A stretch of DNA of 64,000 bases, taken from NCBI GenBank assembly GCA_016790695.1, contig JAEUOS010000145.1, positions 53,712 to 117,711 on the forward strand, in the 5' to 3' direction. Under the pieces are notes generated by a model. It saw only the letters and a list, made by a program, of their open reading frames with translations, was not told where the DNA came from and ran no database searches. Below are positions 9,372-20,159 of the stretch, one piece after another (positions within the stretch are counted from its first letter, which is position 1; every line of letters starts with the position of its first letter). This stretch comes from Burkholderiales bacterium. GTDB lineage: Bacteria; Pseudomonadota; Gammaproteobacteria; Burkholderiales; JAEUOS01. Position numbers and translations under genes: made by a program.

Positions 9372-10286
9372 ATGACCACGATCACCGCATCCTCGCACCA
9401 CGTATCGACCGACCATGCCAGGATCCTGCTCGTCGACGACGAGCCGATCAACCTGGAGATCCTCGCCGAGCATCTCGAGCCGCCGCGCTTCACGACGGTG
9501 AGCGCCGCCAACGGCCGCGAGGCCTGGGAGATCCTGGATGCCGATCCCGACGGCTTCGACGCGGTGTTGCTGGACCGCATGATGCCTGTGATGGATGGCG
9601 TCGAGCTCCTCGGCATGCTGCGTGGCGACGAGCGCTTCGCCGCGCTTCCGGTGATCATGCAGACCGCGGCCGCGGCCAAGGACCAGGTCGCCGAAGGCCT
9701 GCGCCAGGGTGCGTACTACTACCTGACCAAGCCGTTCGAGCGCGACGTGCTGCTTGCGATCCTGGACGCCGCGCTCGAGCATCGGCGCCACCGGCTCGCC
9801 CTGGTCGACGAGCGCTTCGATCCGGCGCTGTTCGTCGAGGGGGAGTTCCACTTCCGCACGCTCGGCGAGGCGCGCCGCCTGGCCTCGCTCCTCGCGCGCC
9901 TGTGCCCGCGTCCGGAGCAGAGCGTCCTCGGACTGAACGAACTCATGGTCAATGCCGTCGAGCACGGCAACCTCGGCATCAGCTACCGCGAGAAGTCGGC
10001 GCTCAACACCGCCGGGACCTGGCGCGCGGAGGTGGAGCGCCGCCTGTCGCTGCCCGAGAACGCGACCAAGCACGCGCGCATCCGCGCGCGCCGCGCCGAG
10101 GGCGGCGTCGTCTTCACGATCATCGACGAAGGCGAGGGCTTCGACTGGCAGTCCTACCTCGAGATCAGCCCGGAGCGCGCGTTCGACAACCACGGACGCG
10201 GCATCGCGATGTCGCGCATGCTGAGTTTCACGCGGGTCGAGTACAGCGGCAACGGAAACACCGTGACCGCCACCGTGCTCCCCTGA
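9372..10286 (+). CDS. REC domain fused to an anti-sigma-factor-type (RsbW/SpoIIAB-like) Ser/Thr kinase domain
   Basis: ILLVDDE...LLDRMMP...QTA...LTKPF receiver, followed by ELMVNAVEHGN, DEGEGFD and HGRGI. No H-box. Confidence 0.85.
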   Translation: MTTITASSHHVSTDHARILLVDDEPINLEILAEHLEPPRFTTVSAANGREAWEILDADPDGFDAVLLDRMMPVMDGVELLGMLRGDERFAALPVIMQTAAAAKDQVAEGLRQGAYYYLTKPFERDVLLAILDAALEHRRHRLALVDERFDPALFVEGEFHFRTLGEARRLASLLARLCPRPEQSVLGLNELMVNAVEHGNLGISYREKSALNTAGTWRAEVERRLSLPENATKHARIRARRAEGGVVFTIIDEGEGFDWQSYLEISPERAFDNHGRGIAMSRMLSFTRVEYSGNGNTVTATVLP

Positions 10287-10307
10287 ACGCCGGGGTACGG
10301 CCGGGGT

Positions 10308-10940
10308 CTACTCGACCAGGCCGTGCTTGATCGCGTAGTGCGTGATCTCGGCGTTGTTCTTCAGCTGCATCTTCTCGAGCACGCGCGCGCGATAGACCGA
10401 TACGGTCTTCGGGCTCAACGACAGTTCGTCCGCGATCTGCGAGAGCTGCTTGCCGGAGGCGATCAGGCGCATGGTCTGGAATTCCCGGTCGGAAAGCGAC
10501 TCGTGCGGCTCGCCGTCGGTCTCGGTGACCAGGTGGGTGGCGAGCATCTCGGCAACCTTGGGCGTGATGTAGCGCTTCTTGCGCGCGACCGAGAGGATCG
10601 CCTCGACCAGGCGCTCGGGCGCGCTGTCCTTCGTCAGGTAACCGGCCGCCCCCGCCTTCAGCGCGCGGATCGCGTACTGGTCCTCGGGATACATCGACAG
10701 GATGAGGACCTGGATGCGCGGATACTGCTCGCGCACCACCTTCAGCACGTCGATCCCGTTCTTGCCGGGCATGGCGATGTCGAGCAGCAGCACGTCGCAG
10801 GGCTCGTCCTTGAGCAGCCGCATGAGGGAACTGTACTCGGAGGCCTCGCCGCGCATCTCGATCTCCCGGCTCTCGGAAGCGATCTGCACCAGGCCTTTGC
10901 GGACGATCGCATGGTCGTCCGCGATGAGGACTCGGATCAT
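10308..10940 (-). CDS. NarL/UvrY-family response regulator (REC + LuxR HTH)
   Basis: MIRVLIADDHAIVR, LLDIAMP, LSDREFQ...LSPKTVSVYRARVLEKM. ATGA overlap with the upstream kinase. Confidence 0.92.
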   Translation of the reverse strand: MIRVLIADDHAIVRKGLVQIASESREIEMRGEASEYSSLMRLLKDEPCDVLLLDIAMPGKNGIDVLKVVREQYPRIQVLILSMYPEDQYAIRALKAGAAGYLTKDSAPERLVEAILSVARKKRYITPKVAEMLATHLVTETDGEPHESLSDREFQTMRLIASGKQLSQIADELSLSPKTVSVYRARVLEKMQLKNNAEITHYAIKHGLVE

Positions 10941-12877
10941 GGCTGACTTTCGAAAGAGGTGGCGTTGGGAGCAGGGGAGCGCTGGCGCGGAATCGACAGC
11001 ATCACGGTGGTGCCATGACCGGCCTGGCCGCTGATGTCGAGCCAGCCGCCGAGCGCGCGCACCCGTTCCATCATGCCGCGGATGCCGAACGAGGTCGGCT
11101 TCATCAGGTCGCCGGCGGCCAGCCCGTTGCCGTTGTCCCGCACCTCGAGGGTGACGCTGGTGGGGGTGGCGAACAGCTCGGTCTCGACGCGCGAGGCGCG
11201 GGCGTACTTCGAGATGTTGGTGAGCGACTCCTGGAACACCCGGAACAGCGCCGTCGACTGTTCGATGTCGAGGGCGAGGTCCTCGTCGTTGGTCTCGAAG
11301 GTCACCGCGATGCCGTTGTGGCTGGCGAAGTCCTTGGCCTGCCATTCAAGCGCAGGCGCGATGCCGTAGTCGAGGATGCCGGGGCGCAGCGCCTGGACGA
11401 TGCGGTTCGCGGTCTGGACCGCGCCGTCGGCCAGCTGGGTCATGCCCGCCAGCTTGGCCGCGACCTCGGGGGTGTCGCCGAAGCGGCGCGAGAGCCACGC
11501 CAGGTCGGCCTTCATGCGCGCCAGCGTGCTGCCGATGTCGTCGTGGATCTCGCGCGCGACGGCGCGGCGCTCGGCTTCCTTGAGCGACTCGATGTGCGCG
11601 GTCAGTTCGCGCAGTTCCTCGCGCGAGCGCGTGAGCTCGCGCTCGGTCTCCTTCTGCGCGGTGATGTCGGTGATGATGCCGTCGAACAGCCAGTTCTCGC
11701 TGTTGGCTTCACGGGCGGTGGCGGAGAGCTGGATCCAGCGCCGCGTGCCGTCGGCGCGCCGGATCTGCCATTGTCCCTCGAGGACATGGCCCTGGCGGAT
11801 CGCGAGCTCCAGGGCTGCGAACAGTTCGTCGCGGTCGTGGGCGTCCAGGAGCGCGACGAAGCGTGCGGGATCCTTGAAGAATTCGGTGGGCGCGATGCCG
11901 AACAGCCCGGTCGAGCCCGCGCTCACGTAGGGCATGAGCAGGACGCGCTGCGCCGGGCGCGCGAGCATCTGGAACACGACGCCCGGGAGGTTGGCCGAGA
12001 TCGCGGCGAACCGGGTCTCGGTCTCGCGCTGGGCCAGCTCGGCGCGCTTCTGCTCGGTGTTGTCGGCGACGAACACGACCGCGCCATCGCCTTCGTCGCT
12101 GCCGAGGCGGGCCGCGGCAAAGCTGAAGTCGCGTGCCTGGCCGTCGGCGCGGTACCAGGTGTCCTCGAAATTGCGCACCGGACCCATCTGCACGGCATCG
12201 CGGAGCCGTTCGAGCACGCGCAGGTTCGACGGGTTCTCGACCGGCCGGCTGCGGCCGACCTGGAGCGGGTGGCCGTCGCCGAACAACTCCTCCGCGGCGG
12301 CATTGAACAGCGTGATGTGCAGGCGCCCGTCGAAGGTGATGATCGCAACCGGCGACGCGGTGAGGACGGTGCGAAGGTAGTCGAGCGAGGCGCGCAGCTC
12401 GGCCGTCGCCGCGCGCCGTCGGCGCCGTTCGGTCGCGGCGGCAAGCGCGCGCTCGATCGCCGGCGCCAGCCGCTTCAGGCTGTGCTTCATCAGGTAGTCG
12501 TCGGCGCCGGAGTGCATGGCAGCGACGGCCGCGTCCTCGCCGATGGCGCCGGACACGATCAGGAACGGCGTGTCCGGCTCGAACTCGCGCAGCACGCGCA
12601 TCGCCTCCGCCGACGAGAACTGCGGCAGGTTGTGGTCCGAAATCACCACATCCCAGGCATCCTGGCTGAGCGCCTCGCGCATTCCGCGCTCGTCCTCGAC
12701 GCGCCGGGTGACCGGCTGCAGGCCGGCCGAGCGCAGGGCGAAGCGCAGCAACTCGAAGTCGGTGTCCGAGTCCTCGACGCAAAGGATGCGCATCGGCGCG
12801 CTTCGCGCATCCGGCTCGCCAGCGGCGGCGGTGAGCGTCTTGAACCGGCCGGTGATGCCCAGCCCGGCCGAACTCAT
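10937..12877 (-). CDS. Soluble histidine kinase REC-PAS-PAS-HisKA_3-HATPase
   Basis: GGAGG before the ATG at 12877 (alternative start 12793), ILCVEDS...ISDHNLP receiver, ERRAVAREIHDDIG H-box, QESLTNISKYA, DNGNG and FGIRGMMER. Confidence 0.88.
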   Translation of the reverse strand: MSSAGLGITGRFKTLTAAAGEPDARSAPMRILCVEDSDTDFELLRFALRSAGLQPVTRRVEDERGMREALSQDAWDVVISDHNLPQFSSAEAMRVLREFEPDTPFLIVSGAIGEDAAVAAMHSGADDYLMKHSLKRLAPAIERALAAATERRRRRAATAELRASLDYLRTVLTASPVAIITFDGRLHITLFNAAAEELFGDGHPLQVGRSRPVENPSNLRVLERLRDAVQMGPVRNFEDTWYRADGQARDFSFAAARLGSDEGDGAVVFVADNTEQKRAELAQRETETRFAAISANLPGVVFQMLARPAQRVLLMPYVSAGSTGLFGIAPTEFFKDPARFVALLDAHDRDELFAALELAIRQGHVLEGQWQIRRADGTRRWIQLSATAREANSENWLFDGIITDITAQKETERELTRSREELRELTAHIESLKEAERRAVAREIHDDIGSTLARMKADLAWLSRRFGDTPEVAAKLAGMTQLADGAVQTANRIVQALRPGILDYGIAPALEWQAKDFASHNGIAVTFETNDEDLALDIEQSTALFRVFQESLTNISKYARASRVETELFATPTSVTLEVRDNGNGLAAGDLMKPTSFGIRGMMERVRALGGWLDISGQAGHGTTVMLSIPRQRSPAPNATSFESQP

Positions 12878-13152
12878 GCCGGCCTCCGCGACCGGCGCCG
12901 GGGAATCTTGAATCGAATTAGCGGCGAATCCGTGGTCATTCTCGTTCGATTTCGTGGGGCGCATCCGCGAATAATCGTCGGTGCGGATGCAGCCCATAGT
13001 CTAGCGCCACCGCCGCAGCGTCGCAGACCGGGCCCCGGGCAATTGTGCCGGCAGGCGACCGGTGCGTGCGGTCGCGGGCGACGCGAGGGCGTGCGAGGGA
13101 GCGCGAGGATACACCGAAGCGCGGAGGATTTCATGAGAAGGGCACACGGTGC

Positions 13153-14280
13153 ATGATCGGATATCGTAAGGCAGTCGCTGTCGGCGCGCCGGTCGCGGCC
13201 GCCGGCGTTGCATGGTTGGGCGGCTGGGCGGGCATGATTGGCGCCGGCGCGGTCGCGGGAGCCGCGGTCTGGTCGCTCTTCCGACCCGGCCATCCGGCCG
13301 TTCCGGCGCCGGCCGCGGAACCGGCGCAAGCCCCGCCGGAGCCGCCGTCGTTCCCCGCGGACGAGGTCGGCGCGGCGCTGCGGGCCCAGTTCGACGCCGC
13401 GCAGTCGGAGCTCGAACGCCTGCGGGGCATCATCGCCGATGCCATCGGTCGCCTCCTGACCGACTTCACCGAGATGAACGAACTCGCCACGCGCCAGCGC
13501 GACCATGCGTTGGCGATCGCCCGAAGCTCGAACGGTGGCGGCGACACCGAGGCGATCAATGTGTCGGGCATCGTCACGAAGACGGCCACCATGCTGCAGG
13601 AATTCGTCACCGCGACGATCGAGACCAGCAAGCACGCGATGGGCCTGGTCGATCAGATGGACGGCGTCAAGCTGCAGGTCGAGCAGGCGGTGAAGATGGT
13701 GACCGAGATCGACGGGATCTCGCGCCAGACCAACCTGCTGGCGCTCAACGCGGCGATCGAGGCGGCCCGCGCCGGCGAGGCCGGCCGCGGCTTCGCGGTC
13801 GTCGCCAACGAGGTGCGCGCGCTGTCGGACCGCACCGTGCAGTTCTCCCGGGCGATCCGCGAGGACATGTCGAAGATCGACCGCTCGGTCCGCGATGCCG
13901 AGGCCGTGATCACGGGCATGGCGTCGCACGACATGGTCGGTCTGCTGCGCAGCAAGCAGGAGACCGCGAACACCATGACGCTGGTGACGCGCGCCAACGA
14001 CCTGATCGCCGAGACCGCGGGCGCGATCGACGTGATCGCGGCCAAGATGACGACCACGGTCAATGACGCGGTCACCGCGCTGCAATTCCAGGACATGGCC
14101 TCGCAGCTCATCGGCCACACCTCCAAACGCCTCGACGAAGCGCGCGCGCTGCTCGACGACATGAGCGACCCCGCCGGCGCGCCGGGCGCCGCGGCGCGGG
14201 TCGCGCGCATGCACGAGGCGACCTCACACAATCCCGTGCAGCAAAAGGCCGTGGCGAGCGGCGACGTAGAGCTTTTCTGA
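13153..14280 (+). CDS. McpA/CttP-like methyl-accepting chemotaxis protein without a ligand-binding domain
   Basis: Short N-terminal hydrophobic hairpin, [33 protein letters not shown], and a GDVELF C-terminus. First gene of the che operon. Confidence 0.85.
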   Translation: MIGYRKAVAVGAPVAAAGVAWLGGWAGMIGAGAVAGAAVWSLFRPGHPAVPAPAAEPAQAPPEPPSFPADEVGAALRAQFDAAQSELERLRGIIADAIGRLLTDFTEMNELATRQRDHALAIARSSNGGGDTEAINVSGIVTKTATMLQEFVTATIETSKHAMGLVDQMDGVKLQVEQAVKMVTEIDGISRQTNLLALNAAIEAARAGEAGRGFAVVANEVRALSDRTVQFSRAIREDMSKIDRSVRDAEAVITGMASHDMVGLLRSKQETANTMTLVTRANDLIAETAGAIDVIAAKMTTTVNDAVTALQFQDMASQLIGHTSKRLDEARALLDDMSDPAGAPGAAARVARMHEATSHNPVQQKAVASGDVELF

Positions 14281-14322
14281 GCCGGCGCGACGCACGACGG
14301 CAAATTCACAGGAGAAAACACC

Positions 14323-14688
14323 ATGAGCAAGACCGTGCTGACCGTGGACGATTCGGCTTCCATTCGCCAAATGGTCGGCTTCACCCTGAAGGGCGCGGGA
14401 TACAGCGTCGTCGAGGCTGTCGACGGCAACGATGGCCTGGCCAAGGCGAAGGCGGGCGGGGTCAGCCTCGTGCTCACGGACCAGAACATGCCCGGCATGG
14501 ACGGCATTTCCATGATCAAGGCCCTGCGCGCGATGCCCGCCTACAAGAGCGTGCCAATCCTCATGCTGACCACGGAGTCCGGCGACGCCATGAAGGCACA
14601 GGGCAAGGCGGCTGGCGCGACCGGCTGGATCGTCAAGCCGTTCGACCCGGCCAAGCTTCTCGAGGTCGTGCGCAAGGTGCTCGGCTGA
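14323..14688 (+). CDS. cheY: Chemotaxis response regulator CheY (F7-type)
   Basis: Single REC domain with VDDSASIR, TDQNMP, LTTES and ATGWIVKPF. AGGAG RBS. Confidence 0.93.
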   Translation: MSKTVLTVDDSASIRQMVGFTLKGAGYSVVEAVDGNDGLAKAKAGGVSLVLTDQNMPGMDGISMIKALRAMPAYKSVPILMLTTESGDAMKAQGKAAGATGWIVKPFDPAKLLEVVRKVLG

Positions 14689-14722
14689 TGCCGGGGCGCG
14701 CGACTCTGCACACGGTGATCGC

Positions 14723-16594
14723 ATGAGCACCCCAACGCAATCGGCAAGCGGGGCACGGAGCGTCGATCTCTCCCAGTTCCACACCGTCTTCTTCGAGGAG
14801 GCCGACGAGCATCTCGCCTCGATGGAATCGCTGCTGCTGGAGATCGACGTCGAGGCCGCGAGCCAGGAAGACCTGAACGCGATCTTCCGCGCCGCCCACT
14901 CGATCAAGGGCGGCGCAGGCATGTTCGGCTTCGCCGACGTGTCGGAACTCACGCACGAGGCCGAAACCCTGCTCGACCTCGCGCGCAACGGCAGCGTGCG
15001 CCCGACGGTGGAGATCGTCGACGCGCTGCTCGAGACCCGGGACCTGCTGAAGAATCAGCTCGCCGTGCACCGCGGCGAGCAGGACGTCGCCCCCGACGCC
15101 TCCGCCCTGGTGCTGCGCCTGCGCGCGCTGTGCGAGGGCGGCACGGGCGCCGCGTCGCCGAACCCGCCCGTCGAAGCAGGGTATGGCTTCTTCGAGCCGG
15201 CACCGGCGCCGGCCGACGAGGCCGACTACGGATTCTTCGATGACGCCGCCCCGGCACCTGGGGCCGCACCCTCGGCGGCCCCGGTCACCGCGGAGGCGGG
15301 GGACGGCTACGGTTTCTTCTCGCCGCTCCCGGAGCCGGACGGGGCGACGACCGCATCGCCTGCGCCACCCGTCGTGGCGGCGCCACCGAGCCCGGCGCGG
15401 CCGGCGGCGGCGAGGGCCGACAGACAGGCGGAGACGGCCTCGATCCGGGTGCCGGTGTCCAAGGTCGACCAGTTGATCAACCTGGTCGGAGAGCTCGTGA
15501 TCACGCAGGCGATGCTGGCGCAGAACGCGACGCAGGTGGAGGCGGCACGCCACCAGCAACTGCTGGCCCGGATGGCCGACCTCGAACGCAACACGCGCGA
15601 CCTGCAGGAATCGGTGATGTCGATCCGGATGATGCCGATCGCGATGGTGTTCAACCGCTTCCCGCGCATGCTGCGCGACCTCGCCACGAAGCTCGGCAAG
15701 AAGGTCGAGCTGAAGATGGTGGGCGAGGGGACCGAGCTGGACAAGGGACTGATCGAGAAGATCATCGATCCGATGACGCACCTCGTGCGCAACTCGCTCG
15801 ACCACGGCATCGAACTGCCCGACGCGCGCGCCGCTGCGGGCAAGAGCGAGACGGGAACCATCACCCTGTCGGCGTCCCACCGGGGCGGCAACATCGTCAT
15901 CGAGGTGGCCGACGACGGCGCCGGGCTGCGCCGCGACAGGATCCTCGCGAAGGCCAGGGAGCGCGGCATCGCGGTGCCGCCGTCACCGTCGGACGGCGAG
16001 GTCTGGAACCTCATCTTCGAACCCGGATTCTCCACGGCCGAGGTGGTGACCGACGTGTCGGGCCGCGGCGTCGGCATGGACGTGGTGCGCCGGAACATCA
16101 GCACGCTCGGCGGCAGCGTCGACATCGAGTCCGCGGCCGGGGCGGGCACGCGGATGACGGTGCGCCTGCCGCTGACGCTGGCCATCATGGACGGCATGTC
16201 GATCGCCATCGGCGGCGAGGTGTACATCCTGCCGCTGGCCTCGGTCGTCGAATCGCTGCAGGCCGATGCCCGCGCGCTGCGACCGGTGTCGGGCCAGGGC
16301 CGGGTGCTCGACGTGCGCGGCGAGTATCTGCCGGTGCTCAAGCTCGCCGAGGTGTTCCCGCCGGCGACGCCGGCGCCGCCGCGCGGCACCGAAATGATCG
16401 TCATCGTCGAGGCCGACGGGGTCAAGGCGGCCCTGGTCGTCGATGAACTGGTCGGACAGCACCAGGTGGTGGTCAAGAGCCTGGAAACGAACTATCGCCG
16501 CCAGCCCGGCATCTCCGGGGCGACCATCATGGGCGACGGGCACGTTGCGCTGATTCTCGACGTCGCGGCGCTGATCAAGAAAACCCGACACTAA
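14723..16594 (+). CDS. cheA: Chemotaxis histidine kinase CheA (no recognisable P2 domain)
   Basis: HPt [11 protein letters not shown], dimerisation SIRV...[31 protein letters not shown] and a C-terminal CheW-like domain. Confidence 0.95.
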   Translation: MSTPTQSASGARSVDLSQFHTVFFEEADEHLASMESLLLEIDVEAASQEDLNAIFRAAHSIKGGAGMFGFADVSELTHEAETLLDLARNGSVRPTVEIVDALLETRDLLKNQLAVHRGEQDVAPDASALVLRLRALCEGGTGAASPNPPVEAGYGFFEPAPAPADEADYGFFDDAAPAPGAAPSAAPVTAEAGDGYGFFSPLPEPDGATTASPAPPVVAAPPSPARPAAARADRQAETASIRVPVSKVDQLINLVGELVITQAMLAQNATQVEAARHQQLLARMADLERNTRDLQESVMSIRMMPIAMVFNRFPRMLRDLATKLGKKVELKMVGEGTELDKGLIEKIIDPMTHLVRNSLDHGIELPDARAAAGKSETGTITLSASHRGGNIVIEVADDGAGLRRDRILAKARERGIAVPPSPSDGEVWNLIFEPGFSTAEVVTDVSGRGVGMDVVRRNISTLGGSVDIESAAGAGTRMTVRLPLTLAIMDGMSIAIGGEVYILPLASVVESLQADARALRPVSGQGRVLDVRGEYLPVLKLAEVFPPATPAPPRGTEMIVIVEADGVKAALVVDELVGQHQVVVKSLETNYRRQPGISGATIMGDGHVALILDVAALIKKTRH

Positions 16595-16610
16595 ACCAAC
16601 GGAGCCAGCT

Positions 16611-17132
16611 ATGGAAACCAAGGAGCTCGCCGGCCGCATCGCGCAGGGCGGCGCCAATGAATTCCTCACCTTTCGCCTCGGCGAGGAGGAATACGGCATC
16701 GACATTCTCAAGGTGCAGGAGATTCGCGGTTACGACACCGTGACGCGGATCGCCAATACGCCGGCGTTCCTCAAGGGCGTGATCAACCTGCGCGGCTCCA
16801 TCGTTCCGATCGTGGACCTGCGGATCAAGTTCGCGCTCGGCGAGCCGACCTACGACCAGTTCACGGTCGTGATCATCCTCAACGTCGGCGGCCGGGTTGT
16901 CGGCATCGTGGTCGACAGCGTGTCCGACGTCCTGACGCTGGCCGAGGAGCAGATCCGCCCGGCGCCGGACTTCTCGGCGGTCCTGGCGACCCAGTATGTC
17001 AAGGGGCTCGGCGCGATCGACGAGCGGATGCTCATCCTCGTCGACATCGAGGCCCTGATCGGCAGCGCGGACATGGGCCTGTTCGAGGCCAGCAACAGCA
17101 GTGCGGCGGCAGGCGACCTGCTCGCGGCGTGA
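16611..17132 (+). CDS. cheW: Chemotaxis coupling protein CheW
   Basis: [25 protein letters not shown] and [16 protein letters not shown]. Confidence 0.95.
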   Translation: METKELAGRIAQGGANEFLTFRLGEEEYGIDILKVQEIRGYDTVTRIANTPAFLKGVINLRGSIVPIVDLRIKFALGEPTYDQFTVVIILNVGGRVVGIVVDSVSDVLTLAEEQIRPAPDFSAVLATQYVKGLGAIDERMLILVDIEALIGSADMGLFEASNSSAAAGDLLAA

Positions 17133-17217
17133 ACATCCGGGGCCGGTAGGGCGGAGGCCGGACCGGCCGGGATGCTGAGCCAAGGCGATTCGCAACTTTC
17201 AACAAGGAGAAGTTGAC

Positions 17218-19122
17218 ATGGGTTGGATGCAGAAGATTCTCGGTGCCGAAGCGTCGGCGTCTGGCGGTGGCGAAATCGGCAAGCTGCGAGCGCAGCTCGA
17301 GGCGGTCTCGGCCGAACTCAAGGTGCGCACGGACATCATGAACATGACGAGCATCGTGTCCGAAGCGGACAAGAAGGGCGACATCGTCACCATCAACGAG
17401 AAGTTCATCGAGGTGTCGAAGTACTCGCGCGACGAGCTGATCGGCCACCCCCACAACACCACGCGCCATCCCGACATGCCGAAGGAGGTGTTCAAGAAGA
17501 TGTGGGGGACGATCGGCCGCGGGGAGATGTTCCGCGGCGTCATCAAGAACCGGGCGAAGGACGGCACCCCCTATTACGTCGACGCGGTGATCGCGCCGAT
17601 TCTCGGCGAGAACGGCAAGCCCGAGCGCTATCTCGGCGTGCGCTACGACATCACCGAGGCGGAACTCGAGCGCCAGCGCGCGCGCGGCGTGCTCGCGGCG
17701 ATCGACGCCTCGTATGCGTTCATCGAATTCGACCTGAACGGCAATGTGGTCTCGGCGAACGAGAATTTCCTGCGTGCCATGGGCTACGGGCGCGACGAGA
17801 TCGTCGGGCGCCACCACCGGATGTTCGTCGAGGCTACGTATGCCGCGTCGCCGGAATACCGCCAGTTCTGGGCGGACCTCAACGCCGGCCTCGCGCAGAC
17901 GAACGTGTTCAAGCGCGTCTCGAAGGCCGGCAAGGAGGTGTGGATCCAGGCAACCTATGCCCCGGTCAAGGACGAGATGGGCCGCGTGAAGAGCGTGATC
18001 AAGATCGCCACCGACGTCACCGCGCAGATCCTGGCGACGCAGGCGCTGCAGGCGGCGGTGCGCGAGGTCCAGGACGTGGTGTCGGCGGCGCAGGGCAATG
18101 ACCTGACGCAGCGGGTGCCGGTGGCCGGAAAGACCGGCGAGATCGCGCAGTTGTGCGAGGGCGTCAACTCCCTGATCGACACGATGACCCAGGTGGTCGG
18201 CACGATCCGGGAGTCGACCGGGGCGATCGGGACGGCGGCGAAGGAGATCGCGATGGGCAACACCGACCTGTCGCAACGCACCGAGGAGCAGGCCTCCAGC
18301 CTGCAGGAGACGGCGTCGAGCATGGAGGAACTGACCTCGACCGTGCGCCAGAACGCCGAGAACGCGAAGCAGGCGAATCAGCTGGCGGAAGCGGCGAGCC
18401 AGATCGCGGTCAAGGGCGGCGGCGTGGTCCACCAGGTGGTGGGAACCATGGATGCGATCACGGCGGCGTCGAAGAAGATCGTCGACATCATCAGCGTCAT
18501 CGACGGCATCGCCTTCCAGACCAACATCCTGGCGCTGAACGCCGCGGTCGAGGCCGCGCGTGCCGGCGAACAGGGGCGCGGATTCGCCGTCGTCGCGACC
18601 GAGGTGCGCAATCTTGCCCAGCGCAGCGCGAACGCCGCCAAGGAGATCAAGAGCCTGATCGGCGACTCGGTGGAGAAGGTCGAGGTCGGCTCGAAGCTGG
18701 TGGCGGATGCCGGCGCGACGATGGACGAGATCGTCGGATCGGTCAAGCGGGTGACGGATATCATGGCGGAGATCACCGCCGCGAGCCAGGAGCAGAGCGC
18801 GGGCATCGAGCAGGTGAACCAGGCGGTGGCGCAGATGGACAAGGTGACGCAGCAGAACGCGGCGCTGGTCGAGGAGGCGGCCGCGGCGGCCGAGTCGATG
18901 GAGGAGCAGGCGCAGGGCCTGTCGCAGATGGTCAGCGTGTTCCGCCTCGGCGACGAGCAGCGCGCCGTCGCGGCAGCCGCCGCACCCGGGCGCGCGCGCG
19001 CCAAGGCCCTGCCGAATCCTGGCGCGAAGCCGGTCGCGAAGGCGTCGGCGAAGGCGCCGGCGCGCGGCGGCGCAGCGGCGCCGGCGGCCGCGGGCACGGC
19101 CGACGAGTGGGAGGAGTTCTGA
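17218..19122 (+). CDS. Cytoplasmic PAS-PAS-HAMP methyl-accepting chemoreceptor (Tsr-like signalling domain)
   Basis: No TM segment, PAS1 RHPDMP, PAS2 [22 protein letters not shown]...[28 protein letters not shown], and the C-terminal pentapeptide EWEEF. Confidence 0.92.
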   Translation: MGWMQKILGAEASASGGGEIGKLRAQLEAVSAELKVRTDIMNMTSIVSEADKKGDIVTINEKFIEVSKYSRDELIGHPHNTTRHPDMPKEVFKKMWGTIGRGEMFRGVIKNRAKDGTPYYVDAVIAPILGENGKPERYLGVRYDITEAELERQRARGVLAAIDASYAFIEFDLNGNVVSANENFLRAMGYGRDEIVGRHHRMFVEATYAASPEYRQFWADLNAGLAQTNVFKRVSKAGKEVWIQATYAPVKDEMGRVKSVIKIATDVTAQILATQALQAAVREVQDVVSAAQGNDLTQRVPVAGKTGEIAQLCEGVNSLIDTMTQVVGTIRESTGAIGTAAKEIAMGNTDLSQRTEEQASSLQETASSMEELTSTVRQNAENAKQANQLAEAASQIAVKGGGVVHQVVGTMDAITAASKKIVDIISVIDGIAFQTNILALNAAVEAARAGEQGRGFAVVATEVRNLAQRSANAAKEIKSLIGDSVEKVEVGSKLVADAGATMDEIVGSVKRVTDIMAEITAASQEQSAGIEQVNQAVAQMDKVTQQNAALVEEAAAAAESMEEQAQGLSQMVSVFRLGDEQRAVAAAAAPGRARAKALPNPGAKPVAKASAKAPARGGAAAPAAAGTADEWEEF

Positions 19123-19217
19123 TTCCGCCGGTCCCACGATGACCCTCTGTCGCCGCGCGTGCACGGGACAACCGGACCGGTGCGCGCGGCCCCGTCATTT
19201 GCCATCGGAATCAGCCC

Positions 19218-20129
19218 ATGAATCTGCAACAAGGCGGCGCGGTGCATGCGCACCCGCCGACCATCGCGGCGCCGGAATACGCCATGTCCGGCCAGGACTT
19301 CGACCGCGTGTGCGAGATGATCCGGCGCCACGCCGGCATCGCGCTCAACCCGAGCAAGAAGAGCATGGTCTACAGCCGCCTCGCGCGGCGGCTGCGCGCC
19401 ACCGGCATGCGCAGCTTCACGGAGTATCTGGACGCGCTTGAAGGCGGCGGCCCGCGCGCGGACGAGGAGTGGCAGGGCTTCGTCAACGCGCTGACCACCA
19501 ACCTGACCTCGTTCTTCCGCGAGGCCCACCACTTTCCGATTCTCGCCGAGCATCTGCAGCGCCTGCGCGCCAGGGAACGCATCAACATCTGGTGCTGCGC
19601 CGCCTCCACCGGCGAGGAACCGTACAGCATCGCGATGACGGCGCAGGAGGCGTTCGCCGGCGCCGCCCGGTCGGTGCGCATCCTCGCCACGGACATCGAC
19701 ACGGCCGTGCTCGCGACCGCGCGATCGGCCAGCTACCGCGACGAGCAGGTCGCGCGCGTCGACGGCGACCGGGTGCGCCGGTTCTTCCTGCGCGGCAGCG
19801 GCGCGAACGAGGGCTGGGTGCGGGTCCGGCCCGAGGTCTGCGGCATGGTCACGTTCCGGCAGCTCAACCTGCTCGACACGGCCTGGCCGCTGCGTCCAGG
19901 ATTCGACGCGATCTTCTGCCGCAACGTGATGATCTACTTCGACAAGCCGACGCAGTACGGATTGCTGCGCCGCTTCGCGCCTCTGCTCAACCCCGGCGGC
20001 CTGCTGTTCGTCGGGCACTCGGAGAACTTCGCGCAGGCACGCGATGTGTTCCAGCTGCTCGGCAAGACCGTCTACGAGGTCAACCCCGGGGCCGCCTGCC
20101 GGCTCACCTCCCGCCCGGGCAATGCGTGA
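19218..20129 (+). CDS. cheR: Chemotaxis methyltransferase CheR
   Basis: [42 protein letters not shown] and GHSE. The start could instead be 19284. Confidence 0.95.
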   Translation: MNLQQGGAVHAHPPTIAAPEYAMSGQDFDRVCEMIRRHAGIALNPSKKSMVYSRLARRLRATGMRSFTEYLDALEGGGPRADEEWQGFVNALTTNLTSFFREAHHFPILAEHLQRLRARERINIWCCAASTGEEPYSIAMTAQEAFAGAARSVRILATDIDTAVLATARSASYRDEQVARVDGDRVRRFFLRGSGANEGWVRVRPEVCGMVTFRQLNLLDTAWPLRPGFDAIFCRNVMIYFDKPTQYGLLRRFAPLLNPGGLLFVGHSENFAQARDVFQLLGKTVYEVNPGAACRLTSRPGNA

Positions 20130-20159
20130 CGCGGATTCGCGAACCTGACGAGGTACCAA

